DNA from: Bacteroidales bacterium UBA1800
Lineage (GTDB): Bacteria > Bacteroidota > Bacteroidia > Bacteroidales > VadinHA17
Reading direction: 5' to 3'
Assembly (NCBI GenBank): GCA_002319915.1
Contig: DCFQ01000103.1
Coordinates: forward strand, 12,653-76,652
Length of the DNA: 64,000 bases
How positions within the stretch are numbered: position 1 is the first letter of the stretch; each line of letters opens with the position of its first letter. Below are positions 47,162-55,624 of this stretch, piece by piece. Position numbers and translations under genes: made by a program. The notes under the pieces are model-generated. The model was not told the DNA's origin, did no database searches, and saw only the letters and a program-made list of their open reading frames with translations.

Positions 47162-48985
47162 ATGGAAAGACATTTTTTAATGGATATTTCCAACGGAGGT
47201 GTAATCTACCAGGTATTTTATATGCTCGCATTTCTAACAGTGTATTTGATACTTGTTTATGAAGGCTACAGGAGAAAATTCCCTTTGCTGACCTGGGTCC
47301 TGATCCTTGCCAGCGTACAGTTTGCGTCTATAATAGGTACAAAGCTTTTTTCCTATTCCTGGGAGGAGTGGGGAATGATGATCCGGACCCATTCCATCAT
47401 TCCCAACAGGGAAAAGTCATTGCTCGGATGCGCAATCTCAGCTTCAGTTATCTTTCTGGCGGTCAGGAGCCTGTTCAGGTTCAGGCATGATGTCTGGGAT
47501 TCATGTGCGGTTGCCTTCCCGGTTGGGGTCTCGCTTATGACCACTGGATGCTTTTTTTACGGCTGCTGTTATGGGACAGAGTCGCATTTGCCCTGGGCAG
47601 TTCAGTATCCCGTAATGTCCCTTGCTCACTATCACCAGTTTAAATCGGGCCTTATCACTTACGGGGATGCTTTTTCCCTCCCTGTCCACCCCGTTCAGCT
47701 GTATGCCACCCTGGGCGGCATTGCGGTGACATGTGTTGTCCTGCTTTTCCGCCGGAAATGGAAAGCATCCGGGAATCTCCTTCTGTTTTCCGCAATACTT
47801 TTCCTCGTGATGAGGTTTGTGGTTGATTTTTTCAGGGATCCCGGCACAAACAAAATCGGGGGAGCAATGCTTGGGATATTCAAAGAGGTTCAATGGGCCT
47901 ACCTGCTGAGCGCTTCTCTTCTTACAGTAATTTTGATCATCCGTGAAAGGAATTTCAGGGAACAGCCTGTCATTGCCGGCGGAAACATGCCTTCACTAAG
48001 TTTCCAGATAATTTACCTGCTTGTGCTGGTCTCGGTGTTCGCATCTTTGAGAAACTGGTTCAGGCTGCCTGAGATCATTGCCGTCAACTTTGCATTGCTG
48101 CCTGCAGTTTTCCTTTCAGGGAAAGAGGTTGTCACGACCTTTGCAGCCTCGAAATATAAATGGGCATACGCTTCAATCCTGATCCTCCCGGTGTTCCTCA
48201 TGAGTCAGACCATTCCAGGGATCGACACCACGCAGTCAAAGAAAGCAAGGACTTACCATTCGATTGGCGCCGGGTTTGCCACCGGCCATTACCAGGATGA
48301 AAGAATGACCTTTCGCGGGTCGGGGTGCGATATGACCAGCGATTACAGGTATTTCAACCATAAATATACGGCTGAGGCAATAGGCTACAGCTTTACCAGG
48401 GAGGATCCGGAGCAATTTAAGGCCACAACCTTCGGTGCGGATATTTTCTTTGGAAGGTACAGCCAGCTGAGCCTGTCAGACAACGTAGTCACTGACATTA
48501 ATCTCTTTGGGATCAGTCCATACATACGCTACGATTCTAAATGGATAGGCATCGGGGGAGGCTTTAATACAGGCAATCTCGTATATACAACAGGTGATAC
48601 GAGGAAGGAAACTTCAGAGGTGCCTCCAGGGGCCGGATATTTTAAAACGGTGATATTTCCCCGTTTTTATTTGAGAGTCGGGCCCAGGAACATCCTGTTT
48701 GCAGATTTTCATATTGCAGACCAGTTCCCGGCATCTTCGCCCGGATTGGGGTTCCAGACGGGCTTCGGAACAGGGTTGGGCCTTAAGAACGGTTTCAGCC
48801 TGCGATACGGCTTTTCATTCCTCGATAGGGGTTCATATTATATATCCTCCTTCATCCCCATCAAAGACCGGATAGTCCTGGAACCCTTGTTCCTGTGGAA
48901 GGGAGGAAATTCAACTTCCAGTTATCCCGGTGTTCCTGAAAAGCAGTTTTCAGTTGGCCTGTCATACCGCTTTGATAAAAAGTGA
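47162..48985 (+). CDS. Lgt-family (prolipoprotein diacylglyceryl transferase-like) membrane domain fused to extra TM helices and a roughly 250-aa beta-rich C-terminal domain
   Basis: The track start 47150 is TTG and the ATG is at 47162. Lgt-like motifs are GCFFYGCCYGTES..PWAV, VHPVQLYA and MRFVVDFFRD. The C-terminal third is Gly/Tyr/Phe-rich with an alternating pattern. Confidence 0.6.
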   Translation: MERHFLMDISNGGVIYQVFYMLAFLTVYLILVYEGYRRKFPLLTWVLILASVQFASIIGTKLFSYSWEEWGMMIRTHSIIPNREKSLLGCAISASVIFLAVRSLFRFRHDVWDSCAVAFPVGVSLMTTGCFFYGCCYGTESHLPWAVQYPVMSLAHYHQFKSGLITYGDAFSLPVHPVQLYATLGGIAVTCVVLLFRRKWKASGNLLLFSAILFLVMRFVVDFFRDPGTNKIGGAMLGIFKEVQWAYLLSASLLTVILIIRERNFREQPVIAGGNMPSLSFQIIYLLVLVSVFASLRNWFRLPEIIAVNFALLPAVFLSGKEVVTTFAASKYKWAYASILILPVFLMSQTIPGIDTTQSKKARTYHSIGAGFATGHYQDERMTFRGSGCDMTSDYRYFNHKYTAEAIGYSFTREDPEQFKATTFGADIFFGRYSQLSLSDNVVTDINLFGISPYIRYDSKWIGIGGGFNTGNLVYTTGDTRKETSEVPPGAGYFKTVIFPRFYLRVGPRNILFADFHIADQFPASSPGLGFQTGFGTGLGLKNGFSLRYGFSFLDRGSYYISSFIPIKDRIVLEPLFLWKGGNSTSSYPGVPEKQFSVGLSYRFDKK

Positions 48986-49006
48986 CAGGATAACCACTAT
49001 TTGAAT

Positions 49007-49014
49007 TATATTTG
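49007..49014 (+). promoter_or_regulatory. Candidate -7 box (TATATTTG) for the SPOR-domain gene
   Basis: Exact TAnnTTTG match 33 nt upstream of the ATG at 49047. There is no well-spaced -33. Confidence 0.3.
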
Positions 49015-49046
49015 TCCGGTATTCATCTTAAATAACCATTACGGCT

Positions 49047-49457
49047 ATGAGGATATTTGTGTACATGCTGGCTGGTGCCTTCCTGCTTACATCATCGTGC
49101 GCAACAGTCAACAAAAGGACCCGGAATACGGAGACTCCCGCAAAAACGCTGCTTATGCCGGCAGGACCGGTCAAAGAGGTCAGGGAGCGGTTGGTATCTA
49201 ACAATGATAAGGCTCCTGACAATCATAATTACTTTGTTATTATCGGCAGCTTCAGAAGCTATGGGAATGCTCTCAAGCATAAAACCATGGTCGCCAGGGA
49301 CGGTTTTATCCCCGAGATACTTAAGAATGCTGCCGGTTTGTACAGGGTATCGGTAAAAGCGACCGATGACCCGGATGAGGCCAGGGCGGAAGTCAGGCGG
49401 ATCTGGACAAAGTTCCCCGGTTATTCTGACACCTGGATGCTTATCCAGATAAAATAA
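49047..49457 (+). CDS. SPOR-domain (peptidoglycan-binding) lipoprotein or secreted protein
   Basis: Signal peptide with SSC. The C-terminal YFVIIGSFRSYGNALKHK...GLYRVSV...EARAEV block resembles a SPOR domain. Confidence 0.7.
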   Translation: MRIFVYMLAGAFLLTSSCATVNKRTRNTETPAKTLLMPAGPVKEVRERLVSNNDKAPDNHNYFVIIGSFRSYGNALKHKTMVARDGFIPEILKNAAGLYRVSVKATDDPDEARAEVRRIWTKFPGYSDTWMLIQIK

Positions 49458-49490
49458 GAACTGAAGCCAGGTTGATTTGTTAATCCTGTT

Positions 49491-50420
49491 ATGATCAGGT
49501 TTCCTTCCTCACCCATTATCCCGGAAAAAATTCTCTCCGGACGGTATCTTAAATCCGCACTTACTCTTTGCCTCTTGCTAATGACAATTTTTGATGTCAA
49601 CAGCGTGGGGAAGAGTAAAACTACTCCATATCGCGACCTGGAAAAGACTATAAGGGAAAAGTACGATTCCCGTGCAGTATTTACGTGGGACCAGTACAAA
49701 GAATTGCTGAAGGAGCTGAAAGATCCCAAATTCAGGGTGCTGCCCCTGCACGAAATGGCAGATACCTACGACTCCACCAGGGTTATTGTCGGCCTCAGGC
49801 ACGATGTGGACTTTAATCCCTTCAAGGCCCTCGAGATGGCCAGGATCGAACATCTTTACGGAATAAGGGCCACCTATTTCCTCCTGGCAACAGCGGAGTA
49901 CAGCGGGGTGTTCATGGGTTCAAAACTGGTCCGGTCCAAAGGGTTGAAAGCCCTTTACAGGGACCTGTATGAGACCGGGGCCGAGATCGGAATACATAAC
50001 GACATGCTTACGGTTATGATACTTTACGATATCGACCCGTACAAGTTCAACCACGACGAACTGGCATTTTATAATTCTATCAGGATACCTGTTTACGGCT
50101 CAGCTGCCCATGGATCGGAGATCGCAAAGAAGACTGTTCCCAATTTCCAGATATTTTCGGACTTTTCCGCGAAGGACTCGGTTTCATACCTCGGCAGGAA
50201 GTACCCTCTCGGAAAACAGAGCCTGAAGGAATGCGGATACCAGTATGAGGCATATTTCATTAAGCATAACATTTATTTGTCAGATTCAGGCGGAAAGTGG
50301 CACAATGCCGAGGGTGTTTCGGGAGTCCTGCAGCGACTGAGGGAAAGTGTCCCTGGTGACCGGATCGAAATTCTTATGCATCCCGAATGGTGGGGCAAGA
50401 CTGAACAAAAAACCCCCTGA
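49491..50420 (+). CDS. Hypothetical protein with divergent polysaccharide-deacetylase-like motifs
   Basis: VGLRHDVDFNP, ATYFLL, GAEIGIHND and AAHGSE resemble the CE4-like deacetylase fold. The assignment is tentative. Confidence 0.45.
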   Translation: MIRFPSSPIIPEKILSGRYLKSALTLCLLLMTIFDVNSVGKSKTTPYRDLEKTIREKYDSRAVFTWDQYKELLKELKDPKFRVLPLHEMADTYDSTRVIVGLRHDVDFNPFKALEMARIEHLYGIRATYFLLATAEYSGVFMGSKLVRSKGLKALYRDLYETGAEIGIHNDMLTVMILYDIDPYKFNHDELAFYNSIRIPVYGSAAHGSEIAKKTVPNFQIFSDFSAKDSVSYLGRKYPLGKQSLKECGYQYEAYFIKHNIYLSDSGGKWHNAEGVSGVLQRLRESVPGDRIEILMHPEWWGKTEQKTP

Positions 50421-50511
50421 ATCCCCTGAAGGGGACTTACCTGACCCCCTTTTGGAGGTTGGGGGTAATCCTTTACGGGCTTTGCTAATACTTAGCGCAC
50501 TTTGCGGATAA
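50414..50511. repeat. Half-copy of the palindromic intergenic element family, abutting the stop codon of the upstream gene
   Basis: The 18-mer atcccctgaaggggactt at 50421-50438 is identical to 44214-44231, and the match extends to 25 nt with one mismatch. A hairpin accccc-N11-gggggt follows. The right arm ctttgcggataa is at 50500-50511. Confidence 0.65.
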
Positions 50512-50584
50512 AAGAGCGAAGGTGATAATTCTATTCTGATCGATTCTTTAAAATTTACTATCTTCCGATCTTAACAATAAACCC

Positions 50585-53383
50585 ATGAAACGAAAGGCAA
50601 ACATCCTTATTTCGACTTGCTTTATCCTGATCGTCAGCGTTTTCACAACCGTGGCCCAGGTAAAACAGGTGAAGCTGACCAGCTTCAGCCTTCAGTCGTC
50701 TTCGCTTATCAAGTCGACCGGTGAAGAGATCTCAACTCCCGGATACAATTCAAAAGTTTACTGGTTTCCGGTAAAAGTCCCGTCAACTGTCCTGTCGGGG
50801 CTGGTGGCAAACGGAATCTATCCCGATCCCAATTACGGGCTTAATAATATGCTGATCCCGGATGCATCAGATGAGTTCAACAAAACCTACAAGCTTGAAC
50901 AGTACAGCTTCCTTCCCAATGATCCAAATCCATGGAAGAAACCGTACTGGTACAGGACCGAATTCATGGTTCCTGCCTCTGATAACGGGAAATGTTTTCA
51001 GCTGATATTCAAGGGGATCAATTACAGGGCAGGGCTTTGGGTCAATGGCAGCCAGGTATGCGATTCCACAGTCATGGCTGGCATGTTTGCCCAGTACAGC
51101 TTCGACATCACCAAATATATCAAGGCAGGGCAAAAGAACGCTGTCGCTGTCAGGATCTATCCTCTGGATTACCCTGGTCTTCCTTCGACTGAACAGCTTG
51201 AGGCCCTTGGTGATTTCTATCCCAACGGCGGTCCCACCGGCGATATCGGTAAAAATGTTACGATGCTTTGCTCAGTAGGGTGGGACTGGGTTCCTCCGGT
51301 CCGTGACAGGAATATCGGATTATGGCTACCGGTTTATCTCAGGACAACGGGAAGCGTTACAATCGGGAATCCCAGGGTTACTACGGTTTTCAGGTCCGAA
51401 ACCGACACAGCAGCTGCAAAGCTATCGCTCGACCTCACCCTCTTCAACCACTCGGGCAAGGATGAGGCCGGCAGCCTTACGGTTACCATCACACCGCAGA
51501 ATTCTCCGGGAACCCCGGTGCGTATAGTCAGGAAGGCCACGGTACAGCAGAACGGCACTGCACGGATCGGACTGAATACTGAAAATACAAAAGAGCTTCT
51601 GATCAGCAATCCTGCGATATGGTGGCCAAATGGTTACGGGAAACCCAACCTGTACCGGATGAGGCTGCAGTTCAGCAACAATTCTGGTGTGACCGACGAT
51701 ACCGCTTTTCTCTTTGGGATCCGGACCGTGTCGACCAAAGCGGTGAATGTCAATGGGAGCTGGCGGCGTGATTTCTACATGAACGGCAGGCGGCTTCACA
51801 TTACTGGCGGAGCCTGGGTGCCTGATTTTATGGTTAACCGCGATTCGCTCAGATATGATTATGAGATGAGGCTTTGCCGCAATGCCAATATTAATCTCGT
51901 CAGGATATGGGGCGGCGGGGTGACGCCATGCGACGAGTTCTTTGAAGCAGCTGACAGGTACGGGCTGATGGTATGGTCCGACTTCTGGATCACCGGCGAT
52001 ACTCAGGGTGAGTTCAAAGGGTCTCCTGACTGGCCCTTCGAGGGTGAAGTATTCAAGAAGAACGTTACCAGCACGATCCTGCGGATCAGGAATCATCCCA
52101 GCCTAATGGTATGGACAGGAGGAAATGAAGGCCATGCCCGCAAGGAATTGTACGACTTCATGAGGAGCAGTATTATCGACCTTGACGGAACAAGGCCTTT
52201 CATACCCTGCTCGTCAGGATTCGCAAATCTCCCGGCAGGCTGGCCCGCGTCATGGCCCGATAATCTTCCCGGTGGGGTCTACAGCGGCGGCCCTTATACC
52301 TGGCAGGATCCGAAAGCTTCATATGGCCGTGCAATGGCTGGAAGGGACTGGGTCTTCAAGGATGAGACAGGCCTTCCGTCACAACCGCCATACAATATTA
52401 TGCCTAAGATAGTGACCGACCTGGTATGGGATAAAACCCTGCCTTTCCCGCTCAACAATTCGTGGGGATACCACGACGCCTGTTCGGGCAACGGACACTG
52501 GGAGCTTTATTACAAGGAAATGGTAAACCGCTACGGGGAACCGGAGAGTATGGAGAACTTCTGTGATAAAATGCAGCTTATGAACGCAATAGGCTACCAG
52601 GGTATTTTCGAAGCCGCAGGGCATAAGCTGAATGATATCGGCGGGGTTATGCTCTGGAAACTCAACGCGGCATTCCCCAGCGTGGTATGGCAGGTCTACG
52701 ACTGGTTCCTCATGCCTAATGCCGGATACTATTTCATGCAGAATGCCTGCGAACCGGTACATATCCAGCTGAACTTGATTAGCAACAAGGTCACGGTCCT
52801 GAATCGGACTTACAAGCCGGTCCCAAACCTGACATCCCAGGTCGATATCTATGGGCTTGATTCAAAGCGCCTGTATCACGATCAGGCCGCCGTTTCGCCC
52901 GGAGCCACCGATGTAAAGGAAACTTCAGCCATTGCCGACGCACTGAAGTCAACGAAGGGCATTGTGTTCGTAGTACTGAACCTGAAAAACGCATCAGGGA
53001 AGGTTGTCTCGCGGAATATTTACTGGATATCATCCGACGGCAACTACAGGCCCATGAACAGCATGGCAAAGACTGACGTTTCAGTGGTCTTCAGTCCTGC
53101 CCCTTCAGGCAGGAACGACAAAAAATGGACTGTGCGGGTAACGAACAAGTCAGATAAACTTGCATTCTTTATCAGGCCCCAGCTTATGAACAATGGCGAG
53201 GAGGTGCTGCCAGCCTACTGGTCAGGGAATTATTTCTCGCTTGCGCCCGGTGAAAGCATCACAGTTGCTGTAACCTGCCCGGCTGCAGCCGTAAAGGGGG
53301 TGCAACCTGTGCTGAAGGTTTCCGGCTGGAACGTGACGGCAAAAGAGGTGAGTGAGAGCGGAAATGTTAAGGTATCTAAATAG
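50585..53383 (+). CDS. Secreted glycoside hydrolase family 2 enzyme (beta-mannosidase / exo-beta-D-glucosaminidase-like)
   Basis: Signal peptide, the GH2 sugar-binding block FKGINYRAGLWVNG, the TIM-barrel blocks NINLVRIWGGG and MVWTGGNEG, and C-terminal Ig-like domains. Confidence 0.8.
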   Translation: MKRKANILISTCFILIVSVFTTVAQVKQVKLTSFSLQSSSLIKSTGEEISTPGYNSKVYWFPVKVPSTVLSGLVANGIYPDPNYGLNNMLIPDASDEFNKTYKLEQYSFLPNDPNPWKKPYWYRTEFMVPASDNGKCFQLIFKGINYRAGLWVNGSQVCDSTVMAGMFAQYSFDITKYIKAGQKNAVAVRIYPLDYPGLPSTEQLEALGDFYPNGGPTGDIGKNVTMLCSVGWDWVPPVRDRNIGLWLPVYLRTTGSVTIGNPRVTTVFRSETDTAAAKLSLDLTLFNHSGKDEAGSLTVTITPQNSPGTPVRIVRKATVQQNGTARIGLNTENTKELLISNPAIWWPNGYGKPNLYRMRLQFSNNSGVTDDTAFLFGIRTVSTKAVNVNGSWRRDFYMNGRRLHITGGAWVPDFMVNRDSLRYDYEMRLCRNANINLVRIWGGGVTPCDEFFEAADRYGLMVWSDFWITGDTQGEFKGSPDWPFEGEVFKKNVTSTILRIRNHPSLMVWTGGNEGHARKELYDFMRSSIIDLDGTRPFIPCSSGFANLPAGWPASWPDNLPGGVYSGGPYTWQDPKASYGRAMAGRDWVFKDETGLPSQPPYNIMPKIVTDLVWDKTLPFPLNNSWGYHDACSGNGHWELYYKEMVNRYGEPESMENFCDKMQLMNAIGYQGIFEAAGHKLNDIGGVMLWKLNAAFPSVVWQVYDWFLMPNAGYYFMQNACEPVHIQLNLISNKVTVLNRTYKPVPNLTSQVDIYGLDSKRLYHDQAAVSPGATDVKETSAIADALKSTKGIVFVVLNLKNASGKVVSRNIYWISSDGNYRPMNSMAKTDVSVVFSPAPSGRNDKKWTVRVTNKSDKLAFFIRPQLMNNGEEVLPAYWSGNYFSLAPGESITVAVTCPAAAVKGVQPVLKVSGWNVTAKEVSESGNVKVSK

Positions 53384-53400
53384 CTGAAATTTAATAAAGT

Positions 53401-53433
53401 AAGTTTTCCCTCCTTGAAAAGGAGGGAAAACTT
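53401..53433 (+). terminator. Strong hairpin (13-bp perfect stem aagttttccctcc / ggagggaaaactt, 7-nt loop) after the GH2 gene
   Basis: Read directly from the sequence, 18 nt after the stop. There is no clear U-tract. It could be an intrinsic terminator, an RNA-stabilising hairpin, or another repeat-family member. Confidence 0.5.
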
Positions 53434-53492
53434 ATATCATACCGGCTCTGTGGCAATTGGGGAAAAAGGTGGTTAAAAAGAAGACTATTAAT

Positions 53493-54608
53493 ATGCTGAA
53501 GGCTTTTAGAAACGCTGTCATCTTTACCGGAAAAGAAAAGATTACCGGCAAGGCAATAATTGTTAAAGACGGGTATATTACAGAACTTATTGATCCTATT
53601 AGCATTCCGGAAAATGCTGAAGTCATTGACTGCCATGGTACAAACCTGGCTCCCGGACCAATCGACCTCCAGATAGCAGGCGGCGGCGGGTACCTCATTT
53701 CTGCCCATCCTACAGCCGATGCCGTTGAAGCGATGATATCCAGCCTGGTTTCAGAAGGTACTACCGGGTTTCTCATTGTGCTGCCAACCAATACATTCGA
53801 AGTTTACAGGGCGGTCATTGAAACAGTAAAGAAGAATACGCACCCTGCACTTCTCGGGCTCCATCTCGAGGGCCCCTATATAAGCCATCACCAGAGGGGA
53901 GCCCATATGCGCGAACTGATACGCACACCCGAGGTCGGCGAGCTGAAGGAGTTGATTTCAGGCGCGGAAGGTGTGATCAAGATGATGACTGTCGCTCCGG
54001 AGGTTTGTTCTCCTGATGTGATCAGGCTGCTGAACGACAGCGGAATAGTCGTGGCAGCCGGTCACAGCAATGCAACTTTCAGGGAAGCAGCAGAAGGTTT
54101 TCGCCGGGGTATCCGGACCACCACCCACCTTTTCAACGCGATGTCGCAGCTTCATCACCGTGACCCGGGACTGCCGGGGGCGGCCTTCCTTACAGCGGAT
54201 GCACATGCGAGCATCATTGCCGATGGCATTCATGTTGACTACAATGTCGTAAGGATCGCAAAGAAGCTGATGAATGAGAGGCTGTTCCTTGTCTCAGATG
54301 CCGTGGAGGAGTGTTTTACGGGCCCGTACAGGCATGTTAAAAAGGAGGACAGGTTCACCTTGCCCGACGGCACACTGTCGGGTTCAAAGCTTTCGATGCT
54401 GAAGGCTCTGGCTAACTGTGTGAAACATGCCGGAATTGCTCCCGATGAAGCAGTCAGGATGGCAACCGCATACCCGGCTGAAGTGCTTGGGATCCCTGAC
54501 AGGGGCCGAATTGCTCCCGGCTGCAGGGCTGACCTGGTAGGCTTTTCCGATGATTTCAGGCTGAAGCTTGTCTGCCTTGGAGGCAACATTACTATGTCTG
54601 GCTTTTAA
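53493..54608 (+). CDS. nagA: N-acetylglucosamine-6-phosphate deacetylase
   Basis: The track start 53457 is TTG and the ATG is at 53493. Motifs are PGPIDLQIAGGGG, HLEGPYIS, AGHSNAT and THLFNAMS. Confidence 0.9.
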   Translation: MLKAFRNAVIFTGKEKITGKAIIVKDGYITELIDPISIPENAEVIDCHGTNLAPGPIDLQIAGGGGYLISAHPTADAVEAMISSLVSEGTTGFLIVLPTNTFEVYRAVIETVKKNTHPALLGLHLEGPYISHHQRGAHMRELIRTPEVGELKELISGAEGVIKMMTVAPEVCSPDVIRLLNDSGIVVAAGHSNATFREAAEGFRRGIRTTTHLFNAMSQLHHRDPGLPGAAFLTADAHASIIADGIHVDYNVVRIAKKLMNERLFLVSDAVEECFTGPYRHVKKEDRFTLPDGTLSGSKLSMLKALANCVKHAGIAPDEAVRMATAYPAEVLGIPDRGRIAPGCRADLVGFSDDFRLKLVCLGGNITMSGF

Positions 54609-54662
54609 CCAGCAACCAGCAACCAGTAACCAGAAACCAGTAACCAGTAACCAACAACCAGC
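54607..54662 (+). repeat. Eight tandem heptamers (aaccagc x2, aaccagt, aaccaga, aaccagt x2, aaccaac, aaccagc) filling the nagA-ROK intergenic gap
   Basis: The array starts inside the nagA stop codon (taa at 54606-54608) and ends 2 nt before the ATG at 54665. It is 8 x 7 = 56 nt, read directly. Confidence 0.85.
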
Positions 54663-54664
54663 CT

Positions 54665-55624
54665 ATGCCCGTCTTAGGAGTAGATATTGGGGGAACAAAG
54701 CTTGCCGCCGCACTGATCTGCGAAGACGGAACTATCATACGGAAAGAATACTGGGAGCTGGGCGGAAGGAAAGGAACTGAGGTTGGGAGTTTTGTGACAG
54801 ATATGATCCGGATGTTCAATTCCGGGGAAAGCCAAACCGGTGCAGTCGAATCGATTGGGATATCAGTTCCCGGCATCAGCTACCCGCAGACAGGCAGGGT
54901 CTGGGTCCCGAACATCGAGGGTTGGACTGATTACCCGCTCATGGATGAGGTCAGAATGGCGGTCGGCAAGATTCCGGTGACGATCGACAACGACCGGGCC
55001 TGCTATATTCTTGGAGAAGCCTGGAAAGGCAAAGCTGTTGGTTGCAGGGACGCAATCTTTATCGGTGTCGGAACAGGTATCGGTGCCGGTATCCTGGTTA
55101 ACGGGAGCGTTCTGAGGGGAAGTTCCGGCATAGCCGGAGCCATCGGCTGGCTGGCGCTTGAACCGCATTTCCTGGAAAAGTATATAGCCTGTGGCTGTTT
55201 TGAATATAATGCTTCGGGGGAGGGAATAGCACGCGTGGCGCGGGAAATGCTCAAGGAGAACATATCTTATTCCGGGATCTTAAGGGAGACCGGGCCGGAA
55301 AGGATTTCTGCCCGCACCGTATTCGAGGCCTTTGAAAAGCACGACTGGCTGGCTGAAAAGGTGTTGCTGCACTGCGTGGAATTCTGGGGAATGGCTGCTG
55401 CCAACCTGGTAAGCCTTTTTAACCCCCGGATGATAATTTTCGGCGGAGGGATCTTCGGACCAGCCGGGAAACTTTTGGCCAAAATAAAGGAAGAAGCTGA
55501 AAAATGGGCGCAGCCTGTCAGCATGAAGGAGGTCGGGTTTGAAGTTTCAGGTCTTGGCGGAGATGCCGGAATTTACGGTGCAGGTTACCTGGCTTTAAAG
55601 CGTCTTGCAGACGAAATCCAATGA
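54665..55624 (+). CDS. ROK-family sugar kinase with a degenerate zinc motif
   Basis: VLGVDIGGTKLAAAL (phosphate-1), DNDRACYILGE and GVGTGIGAGI. The ExGH / CxCGxxGC region reads GAIGW...ACGCFE. Confidence 0.8.
   Translation: MPVLGVDIGGTKLAAALICEDGTIIRKEYWELGGRKGTEVGSFVTDMIRMFNSGESQTGAVESIGISVPGISYPQTGRVWVPNIEGWTDYPLMDEVRMAVGKIPVTIDNDRACYILGEAWKGKAVGCRDAIFIGVGTGIGAGILVNGSVLRGSSGIAGAIGWLALEPHFLEKYIACGCFEYNASGEGIARVAREMLKENISYSGILRETGPERISARTVFEAFEKHDWLAEKVLLHCVEFWGMAAANLVSLFNPRMIIFGGGIFGPAGKLLAKIKEEAEKWAQPVSMKEVGFEVSGLGGDAGIYGAGYLALKRLADEIQ

Noticed and set aside
54607-54662. CRISPR array (also considered for 34635-34676, 35437-35471 and the palindromic elements)
   Set aside because: The repeat units are 7 nt and contiguous with no spacers. 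The palindromic elements are single dispersed copies. No cas genes are present.
54592-54876. 94-aa minus-strand ORF and 70-aa plus-strand ORF (54568-54780) spanning the heptamer array
   Set aside because: Their repetitive peptide segments (…LLVTGYWFLVTGCWLLV… and …QQPATSNQKPVTSNQQP…) are simply translations of the aaccagN tandem repeat. They also overlap nagA and the ROK gene.
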